A stretch of 61,088 bases of DNA, the filler included, from Sphacelaria rigidula (lineage: Eukaryota): the NCBI GenBank assembly GCA_964200075.2. It is 8 parts of 8 records of this genome, joined end to end, with 100 filler letters (N's around TTAATTAATTAA, not from the genome) between each part and the next. Parts side by side here need not be neighbours in the genome. Positions count along the whole stretch, not along the records: positions 45,893 to 53,440 come from CAXNAA020014389.1; positions 53,541 to 61,088 come from CAXNAA020014390.1; 6 more parts are not named here. One strand, 5' to 3'. The translations under genes and the position numbers were made by a program. Position 1 is the first letter of the stretch. Each line of letters opens with the position of its first letter. Shown in pieces: positions 51,561 to 61,088 of the stretch. The notes under the pieces were generated by a model. The model was not told where the DNA came from. It ran no database searches and was given only the letters and a program-made list of their open reading frames with translations.

Positions 51561-52979
51561 TGTGTTATTTATTCCTCGCGCAAGTACAGTATTCCTTCTT
51601 CTTCCGTCTCAGCGCACGCTTCGCCCCGTAGCTTATAGTGGCAACCTCAATCGGACCTTGGGATGGGATTCGGCACGAGGCATTGGCGACGCACATTGGT
51701 TTTACTATATGCCGATCTGTCTACTGCAGGATGCCTCAACATCAATTGATGCGATGTGCAGGGGACACAGCCAGCAACCGCCAGGGCAAGACACACAGTA
51801 CAGAACAGTACAGTAGTACAGTGCTGCTTTTGACTAACGTACACCATGTACTGTGTTTTTCCAATGGGCACAATGTGCCAGAAACGTCGCATCAGTGAAG
51901 CACGCGCCCACGCACACACACAGAGATTCCGAAAAAAAAAGAGAACCACGCACAGCGAATACATCCCATCTCATACCTCCAACACGGTTGCTGGCTTTCC
52001 ATAGCAGGTCAGGACTAGCTCATCTGAACAAGCAACGCTTGACAATTTTTGCGGGAAGGGAGTATCGACCAGGACAGAAAAAGACGGCCAGTACATCCGC
52101 CCGTGTTTCCTCGCATATTAATCTGAGGAGAAGAAGAAACCAAAGAGGTTGTTCCACGAATAACACAAACCGCGAGGAATCGAGACTAAGCTCACCTAGC
52201 TAGTTCTTCCAGTTCCACAGTGCACAGAAGTAGAACGAACCGCGATGTTCCTGAGCCCGACGGCAGCACAGTCAACTCAGGTACACTTCAGGGCGTACGA
52301 AGTGATTGGGGGATGATGTAACACGTTCCGGGCTGTTCTGAGTGCAGGGCAAAAATCTCATATTTTTCCTGGAAAAGGGGCCAATTTCCATCACCGGGCC
52401 GAACCGGACCGAATATCTATCTAGAGCAGGCCAGGGCTACGAGTATGTGCGTGCGGGTTTTTTCCATCATCATAACCGTAACTGGGGCAGTTTCATCTAC
52501 TTCTTCATCACATAGACAATACCCGGCGGAGGGCAGCGCTTCGCTATTCCAGGACAAAGTCTCGCCCGTTCGATTCATGTTTTATTATAGAAGACAAAAA
52601 CATATCCCTACTGGGAATTAGGTGAAGGGGCCGAATCCGAGGTGCCTTTTTCGACATGAATGAGTGGAGGTTTTAGCACATCGATCGACGGGTCCTGACC
52701 AATTCATTCGAATTTAGACGAACTTGTAGCCTAATATTACCCCGCTGTTGTGTCCGCTGTTGCAATATATTTGAGACCTCATCAAGTATCGAAAAATTAC
52801 TGCATGGCACACACGACTATATAAAGAAAACATATTCAGCGTATTGATGATGACTTCCATGAGGAAGTTGGGCTCATGGCCTTTCCAGGGATAGGAAAGT
52901 AGTCGTCCTCAGCGGTGGTTCTTGTTGTTGTTCTTGTTCTTGTTGCAAGGGGCCCCACATCGGAATGTCACGGCACCAG

Positions 52980-53030
<51 letters not shown>

Positions 53031-54241
53031 ACCCCTCCCCCGCGCACCTCCTGCNNNNNNNNNNGTTGTGTTGTTTTGTTTTGTTTTCTTTTTGGGCTCC
53101 ACCGCGCCTCCCTCTCGTGGTTTCGGGACCCCCCCCCCCCCCCCCCCCCCCACCTTCCCCCCTAAGGGATCGTTATACATGGGTAGTGCACTTGTTTCTG
53201 TTCCGATTGTCCGATACTAAAATATATATGAAAAATAATAATAATAAAAATCGTCTGTGAGCCACAGACGGTCCAGTTGGATATATATATATATATACAA
53301 AATGTATACATAGGTAGTGACTTGTTTCTGTTCCGATTTTGTCTCATACTAAAATACATATGAAAACAATCCCAGCAAGGGGCCCTACAGACTGGAAAAC
53401 AGTGTGCACCCCCACAATTTACAGAAAACCACATTCTGGGNNNNNNNNNNNNNNNNNNNNNNNNNNNNNNNNNNNNNNNNNNNNTTAATTAATTAANNNN
53501 NNNNNNNNNNNNNNNNNNNNNNNNNNNNNNNNNNNNNNNNGTGATGTGTCAAATTGATCGTGTAGGTGATGGCTTACGTTGAAGCCACCGCTTCGCAGCG
53601 GGCGCATCACTCCTCGAACTGTGGCGATGTCAAAATCGACGGGAAAGTCTATTGCTTCGGGTCTGACTCTGAATCTGAAACTACGTTCTGAATCTCACGA
53701 ATATAGTGTTAAATCCGCCAAGGCCCGTATTCCGCCAATAATCCGCGATGAAAGGTTCAACAGGACAGTTTTCAGATGATGTTTTCAGTCTATCAGAAGA
53801 GGCCTGAGATCGGGACGTGCTGGAGCCGGTACTGGCGTCATACGTCGACCCGTTCGAGTAATCGAAGTAGTTGGCGTAGGATCTGACCACCACCCGATGT
53901 GTGGGTTTAGGTATTGCAGATCAAACGAGAGAGTGTCGACACACCCGTGTTGACGAGGGCGTTGAGCTTATGATGCGTGGAAAGACCGCATTTCTTCCCT
54001 GCATCGTGAACGATTTTCCACACCTGTCGGTCTAGTCAATACCTGAAAATACCGCGCTCTTGACTTCCACCCCAACAAAAACCCTAACCAGGTCAAGAAC
54101 GCACGCGGTCATCCCACACACCACAGAGCCCCTGCGTTGTGTCTGGCGAGCACAGAGATAGCCGCCGTATTTCATTCTCCTTTAGGTATTGATTGACCCA
54201 CAGAGAGCGATCATCTCGTGGGAGTCAACCGGGTAGACAGG

Positions 54242-56872
54242 ATGTTGTCGACGAAGAGGCTGTACGGCTGCGTGACTGGGATCATCTTCTGCTTGGCTCT
54301 TTTCGCACGTTCAGCTGCAGCAGGTGAGTTGCGCACCTTTTGTCGCGAATTTCACGGTCTTTGGCCGACCGCTGATGTAGGCGGGAGGAAGGTGCTGCGA
54401 TCGGAAACGGCACACATGAGAGTCGGATGTTTGACAGATCTTGGACGTCGATCCCGGCGCTTGTTTGGCGTCCAACTGTGCGGCGTTGACTCCGCTGACG
54501 CCTTAGGTGTGCTCTTATGGTGTGCCATGTGCTCCTGGCGCGTGCATGGCCGGGGGTTTTCAGCGTCCGAACTCGACTCATGTTTTTGTCTCATCACCGC
54601 CAGGACCAACGGCTGAAACGGTGGCACTGCGGAAAGAAGAGAGACCGACAGGCTTGGCTCCGGCGTCTTTTGCCGGAGGCTCCGTCACACGAGCATCAGG
54701 GCAAGGTGAGCCCTCGGGAGGGTGAGGAGTTTTGATGGAAAACTCCAGTCATTACCGTGTTGTGGACGAATATCGATGGTGCAGTCATGCACCTGGTGTG
54801 GTCAAGAAGCTCCTCGACGTGGGTGCCGCCGCTGACGAGGGCCGCCGGTATCGTGTCCCTTGTCGAAGTCGCCCGCTCCGCCGTCGTTGTTACACCGCAC
54901 CTCCAGGTGAAAAATATGCCAGGAGCCTTCGACAAAAACACCGCAGGAGGGGCAGGGGCAGGAGAAGAAGGAGAAGAGGGAGAAGAGGGAGAAGGAGACG
55001 ACGTCGTGGGCGCAGAGGGCGGAGATTCCGTGGTGAGTGCACCGCTGACCGGGCCAATATCCCGTGTACCACGCCGTAGCCAGCGATGAAGACAGCAGTG
55101 CGATTCGATTTTCGTGAACGGCGCGTGTAGAGACGAGACGAGCGCCCAACCTGTTTCGAAGATGCTGCCGAACAAGAGCGGTAGGTCGACGATGGTGTAC
55201 CATATTTGTCCCAGTGGTACCACACACCAGAATGCCTGGGGTTCGTGCCTTGACCCGCGTCCGTTGCTCGCACTTCGACCCGGCACCATGGTCGTGCTGC
55301 TGCGTGTGTGGGAACTCTATCCACGTCGCGCTTGCAGGAAAGATCAAGTTGACTCCGGCACCGACGGCGGCCCCGACCGCCACGCCGGCACCAACCGCCA
55401 CGCCAGCACCGACAGCGCCGCCCGCGCCGACTGCGACGCCGCAGCCAACGCCAGCCCCGGTGGAAAGAGGCTTCATCATTCTTCCTCTCCCTGGTGAGAG
55501 ATGAAGAGTGTCGAAACGAGTGTTTGTTCCACGGTGATGCCACGTGTCGTGACGGGTAGCTTGTAATTTGCAGGGGTGCGGGAGAAAAGATGCCACGTCA
55601 CCCTCGATCGGTGATCCTTCCTCGGTGATCCCTTCCGCAAGCTGCTTCCGTGTCCAGTAACTCCTTTCGGCCCGGTCGGTCAGGGGTGCATTCGTTCAGC
55701 CATCGCGCAGTCGGGCGTACCGCGTGCTCGTTTTTCTCGGCTGACCTGGTGAAAACCCTCGCTCGGTTTGGGTCGACCGTGTTGTCATCGTCGCATGTCC
55801 ATACGCACGGTAGGAATCCCCGGGCTCGCGATTGGTGGCGGGATAATTCAAATCGTAGATCTGGTAGTCGGCCGGACCATTGTTATCCTCCTAGTGGACG
55901 CGGCTGGAATCCCGGTGGGACAGGTCACCGTCGTGGTGATTTTGAATCGGAGGCTAACGGAAACGCCCGAAGGAGAGCAAGCCGCAATTTCAGCGGAGAG
56001 TGAGGCGTCCCGCGGTCTTCAGCGGGGAGGGGTTATCAATGTGAGCAACGTAGTGCCCACCTCGGGCTCATCACGCGCCGAGAGTACCTCGATGTCGTGT
56101 TCCGTTCCACTGGAGCATGTACTGTGGCCCTCGGGCATGGGTTGAGGCCATGTTGGCGGGGAGGCGTCTACAGCGTCTGGTACTTGCGTCGCCGATGTCG
56201 TTGTCGTCGTGGACGTTTGCGCATCGCATGGTGGGCCGCGGTGCCGACTCTTCTCGTAGAAACCTTGATAGGGAAGACCCAGTACGCCCCCGAGCCCGAA
56301 GAGCAGGGCACGGGTCGGGTTGTGCTTGTTCCCGCGCATCGTTGTCAACGATTGGGGACAGGCGTTGCCGTCGAATTGCCTTGTCCTGATGACCTATGAT
56401 GGGGTGGACACTGTTTTGAACTAGCCGAGCACACCCGACGAGGCAGTGATGAGACAAGATGATACTATCCCCGACTGCTTCCCGACCACTCACGACTTGC
56501 CGTCGACCCAAATGTCGCTGTTGTTTTGTCTACGGATCCCAGGTGAGGGTGGATATCGTGAGCGTGACGATCTACCGCCGAGGTTTGCGGGTCGCCGGAT
56601 CAAACCCCTTCTTGGTCGCGACCATCAATGGCCAGGTCGTCCTTCGCACCCCGCCCAGGTTTGGCACTTTCACTCCCGTGTGGATCCCGTCGCAGAGTTT
56701 CCCCGTCTTTTGCAGGGGCACCACGCGCGTCTGTGAGGTACAGGTGCTCCTCTTCAACGCGGACCCTCTCGCGACTCCGGCGCCAACCCCGGTGCCGACG
56801 CCAGTGCCGACCCCGGTGCCGACCCCGGTGCCGACTTCGATGCCGAGCCCGGGGCCGCCCCTGTTCCCTTGA
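54242..56872 (+). CDS. Secreted basic protein, 340 aa: signal peptide, Arg/Gly tract, Pro/Thr/Ala repeats, C2-like domain; exons 54242-54323, 54604-54705, 54907-55032, 55338-55493, 55814-56040, 56543-56872
   Basis: All five introns are GTGAG...AG with compatible phases (1,1,1,1,0), total 1023 nt. MLSTKRLYGCVTGIIFCLALFARSAAA signal; the last exon VRVDIVSV..GSNPFLVATINGQVVLRTPPRFGTFTPVW..QSF..VQVLLFNAD follows the C2 pattern (SDPYV..KT....TLNPVW.E.F..L.V.V.D.D). Confidence 0.85.
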
Positions 56873-57755
56873 CCCCCGGTACGAAGATTTGAGAACCGCA
56901 CAGCAGCGCATCGCGGACGAGAACCGCCCCGTAAACGGTCCCGAATAACCGCCCACTCCGGTTTGAGCGGTAGTGCGGTAGTACGTTTTGTCACGAAGGT
57001 TGACTTGTTCGGCGAGCGCCCACGGTTTGATTCTGCGGGAGGTTTCACTGTATTTTTCCTCGGTTTTTGGTGCTCATGGGGGAGGGTGGGTATTTGTCCC
57101 TGACCGGCGGGCCTGGTTGATTGTATTTTGGCCCCAAACCGGAGCGATTTGGTCGGATATGTATATGTGTGGTGATGGTGCTGGCCTGCGTTTCGGCAGA
57201 GTGTTCTCCAAGTGGATACATGTGTAAAATGAGTTGAGGATGAGTTTACTGGGCGGGTGTTGGTCGCCACTGTAGATGGTGGCTTGTGTAGCGTAGGATA
57301 CTGTGGTTGCCGTCATTGAGCAACTTGTGATTCCATAGGAGGTAACTCCCTCCAAACCCCGCTGCAGTAGCCCCCGGGTGTTGATATCTTCTGAAGGAAT
57401 GACGAGCATGGCTCGAGCACGCGCCCTTGTTGAGTTTCCACAAGGAGCAACGACTAAAGCACTGTGCTCATGATTTTTTCCACAGCGAATAATAACGCAC
57501 GGGCATGCCCCGTCAACGTTTCCCCAACGAGCAATGCCCCGAGTGCCCGAGGACCTCCATTAACGGCCAAGGAGGAACCCAACCAGCCCTCGTGCTACGA
57601 GTCATACTCTCGTAATGTCAGACGTGTGTAAAGATGTCATGGGCAATACTGCGCTCGTGCGGCGCAGCCAACTCCCCGACTCATGACTGTGCCTCTCATC
57701 TCATGGGTGGAGCCGCACTAGCGAATGCAGGTAGCCGGCGGTGATGCGGAGCCCT

Positions 57756-57968
57756 GTGTAATGCGTGGGAGGACCGCGTGCTCAGAAGACCGCATCGGAA
57801 TTTGAACATCTGTATGGTAAGGGTTAGGGTTAATGTTGGTGTTGACGTTAGGGTCAGGGTCGTGGTCCCTTCAGGGACTGGCCCGATTGGTTTTGAAAAT
57901 CGTCGATCCTGGGGTGTTTCGGACTACGTAGCGGTCCTCTACGCACGCGGTCCTCTCACGCATTACAC
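57756..57968. mobile_element. MITE family A, best-preserved copy
   Basis: 26-bp TIRs GTGTAATGCGTGGGAGGACCGCGTGC / GCACGCGGTCCTCTCACGCATTACAC; internal GGGTTAGGGTTA..GTTAGGGTCAGGGT. Confidence 0.9.
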
Positions 57969-58267
57969 CCTGTCCAAGCAAAAAAGTCACAGCCTTGTTG
58001 CTGTACTGCTGGCGGCCGCGGCTCTTCTGTCTGCACAGTTCTCCGCAACCCCATCATTGCTGTTCGCGGCTGCGGGGTTTCTGCTTGTACAGTATTTCGC
58101 ACCACCGCAGGCTCCCTGCGTTCGCCAGTGCGGATCTGTCTACCGTGGGAATCGCTCATAACTTGTTACGGATATGCTCGTAGTGCCCAACGGATGCACT
58201 CGCACTGTCTAGTACCCACTCGCCCCTGCTGCGTGCACGTTTCAGTTTAATACTGGATCTAAACGAT

Positions 58268-58880
58268 CAAGGGCAGGTCGAGTAGAGTATGTACTTTTGG
58301 GTGCTCGAGTAAAATACTCGAGTGTTTACTCGAATAATTGAGTAGGTCAAATACCCTACTCAAGTTTCGAGTATCTTAGTAATACTTCACCCCTTGGGTA
58401 TGGTGGCGATCCATGACAGTCGCCGACGTTGGAACGTCAATTCAGAGACTATGTTGAATATTTGGGCCAACGATAGCCAACGAGAAATGTGAGCCAATGG
58501 TGGACAAAGAACAAAACAGCGTGAAGGTAGGCGAACCTACCTGCCCCAGCGCCCCATCTCACCAGCCGGTTCAGCATGGAAACGACCATGTTTTCAAGGG
58601 TAGGTCGAGTAGAGTGAATGATTTTGAGTACTCGAGTGAAATACTCGAGTATTTACTCTACGCGTACGGCCTTGAATACACCACTCAATGTTTGAGTACG
58701 TTGAGTATGGCCTCCGATTCTCTTTGGTGAATTTTGAGTAGGTCGAGTACGGCCTCGAATGCTCTACTCAAATTGTGAGTAAGCACTCAGTAATACTTGG
58801 GCACATAGTATCAGTAGAGTATTTCCTCAATACTCAAATATTGAGTAGGTCGAGTACGGCTTCGAATGCTCTACTCAACT
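58268..58880. mobile_element. TIR element family D
   Basis: TCAAGGG(C/T)AGGTCGAGTAGAGT twice (~58268 and ~58594) plus TACTCGAGT and GTAGGTCGAGTACGG repeats; homologous to 11615-12110. Confidence 0.75.
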
Positions 58881-59754
58881 TGTGAAAAATCCAATTTCAG
58901 AGTTATTATTATCATTATTGATGTTATTACAATAATAATTGTTATTATTATTAATTTATCCTATTTATGAAAAGCGTAATGTCGCCAACTCCCACACTGC
59001 AAACAAGTACAAAGGTGTCCGGATTACCCATACTGTAGCCAAATTACAAATGATCCTTGTCGGAACAATAATTTGTACCAGACGCAGACTGAGGAGAAGA
59101 AAATTGTCTCTCTTCCCTGACGTCCTGCAGTACCAGGCCGAGGAATGATCCGCGGTGAACGGTCAAATTGTATGTTGAGCCATAAAATTTGAAAACCGGG
59201 TAGTCTGGACACTACAGATACGACACACTGTACCCGTGCACAGCAATTTAGTGTTTTTGGTCAGCATCGCGAAACACTATACGTCACCTAACGTGGGCAC
59301 CCATCGCCCAACAACGGGGGGTCCGACGCACGTGGGCTGCTAGAACGCAGTAGAACGCACTGCTATGTACGCTGGTGATTGGTGGGGAAAGCGTAGTGCG
59401 CGGCTGTCGAACGCTTTCTCATCTTACTGCCTGGTGGTTGTTCCCGCCTTAGGTTTGAAAGTGATTAGTATACCGTTTTCTGAGCGCCGGACGTTCCCTC
59501 GACAGGAGGTTGCTTTCCTTCCCGGATTTGGAGCGCAGTGCACAGCCCCCAGGGACAGTGTTGGCGTTGCACAGCCCTCAGGGACAGTGATGCACAGTAA
59601 TTCAGTGATTTTTTGTCACCGTAACGGGGGGTTCGACGTACGTACGCTGCTAGAACGTAGTGTGATGTGTGCTCTCCGCCCTTATCTATTTACCCAACTG
59701 CGCTGTGTACGAGTAAGGTGGAATGTTGAGCTCTATACTCTTGTGTACGAGGAA

Positions 59755-60320
59755 GGTGACCCCGGCTGATGCGCCCACATATGCCGAAAGGAGCAGACTG
59801 GCGTCCAGAATAGATGGAATGACAGCACACCCAGAGGGAAAGGGGCCTCTGAAGAGCCCTTCTCACGAATGAAAGGGAATGCAAGCGCCGCAGAAGGAAC
59901 TCAGTCCTGGAAAGGGACTGCTGAATCCTTCTCGCAATAAACAAATATGGCAAGCACCTGCAAGCACCGCAGGAGGAAGGTGGAGTACTAAAACGAAAGA
60001 AAGAATAATAAAACTCCCGTGTTCGCCTTCGCCTTGCGTGACCCCGGTTGATGCGCCCACATCCACATATATACCGAAATGAGGTGTAAACTACTGGCGT
60101 CCAGAATAATAGATGAGATGACAACAAAAAAAATGCACACACACACACACCGCACTGCTCACCGACTGACTGATACCGTACGCACCGATGTCCATCGCAA
60201 AAGGAAGTTGGAACACTAGGAAAAAAATGAAAGACTCCCGGGCTGGCATTCCTCCTGTGTGGCCCGGGCTGGCGCGCCCACACATGCTCCTTGTTTAAGA
60301 TGAACTGGCGTCCACTGACG
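59755..60320. repeat. Degenerate repeat with three CCCGG..GCGCCCACA and ACTGGCGTCCA modules
   Basis: Modules at about 59760, 60042 and 60263. Confidence 0.6.
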
Positions 60321-60364
60321 GTGGATTCTCGCAAATGGGGTTAGAAAAATATATGAGGTTCAAC

Positions 60365-61008
60365 TCACAAGACGTGCTTTCCCGAACCTAAATTCATGAC
60401 AAATGACTTTCATATGGACGACTTTATGCCTCCCGACCTTCCTAAAACTATTTTGGGGGAGTTCTAGCCTTCCGTTCCCCCGGAGAATATGCGCAAAAGC
60501 ACACTTTTGCCAAAAATAAATCAGGTTATACTCAGAAGACGTGCTTTCCCTGACCTGAATTCGTGACAAATAACTTTCATATGGACGACCTTATCCCTCC
60601 CGACCTTCCCAAAACTATTCGGGGGATCTCTAGCCTCCCGTTCCTTCGAAGAGTATGCGCGAAAGCACACTTTTACCTCGCTTTCGGGGTGAAAAAAGGA
60701 CCCTTCTTAGCAAAACAAATCATGCTTTCGCATATACCCTGTTGTTGGGGGACGGAAGGCTAGAGATCCCCCGAATAGTTCTAGGGAGGTCGGGACGGAT
60801 AAGGTCGTCCATATGAAAGTCATTTGTCATGAATTCAGGTCAGGGAAAGCACGTCTTCTGAGTATAACCTGATTTATTTTTGGCAAAAGTGTGCTTTTGC
60901 GCATACTCTCCGGGGGAACGGAAGGCTAGAACTCCCCCAAAATAGTTTTAGGAAGGTCGGGAGGCATAAAGTCGTCCATATGACAGTCATTTGTCATGAA
61001 TTTAGGTT
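60365..61008. mobile_element. Fold-back element: two tandem ~170-bp units followed by their inverted copies
   Basis: AACCTAAATTCATGACAAATGAC.TTCATATGGACGACTTTATGCCTCCCGACCTTCCTAAAACTATT (~60385) is mirrored almost perfectly at ~60940-61008. Confidence 0.85.
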
Positions 61009-61088
61009 AGAACAGCCGATCATCTATGTTGAGGATGATGCTTTTCATTGAGGATGAGAACCCGGTGGATTAAAATCTTCGTATCCAC

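Noticed and set aside
52915-53260. Poly-Pro and poly-Gly ORFs
   Set aside because: Produced by poly-C runs next to Ns; low-quality sequence.
54696-57270. Long minus-strand ORFs (197, 264, 217 and 232 aa)
   Set aside because: Antisense to the GC-rich exons of the plus-strand secreted-protein gene; the GVGTGV and GAGVAV repeats mirror its PT/PA codons.

Overview
Eukaryotic, intron-rich, transposon-rich DNA; splice signals, repeat content and protein style suggest a brown alga (Phaeophyceae; inference). The window is not one locus: it is eight separate contigs of 7549 or 7548 bp joined by 100-bp N-TTAATTAATTAA-N linkers, so nothing can be inferred across the gaps. Supported content: the 3' exons of a germin/spherulin-like cupin; a complete three-exon RPS13 with a GC-AG intron; a ~470-nt fold-back hairpin; three exons of an SBBP-type beta-propeller protein; a LINE 3' remnant; a full-length but degenerate Ty1/copia element; the 5' part of a possible RIF1-like gene; a complete six-exon gene for an unusual secreted protein (signal peptide, RSLR, poly-Arg/Gly tract, Pro/Thr/Ala stalks, C2-like domain); and several MITE/fold-back families. 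All family assignments were made by eye from motifs, without database searches.
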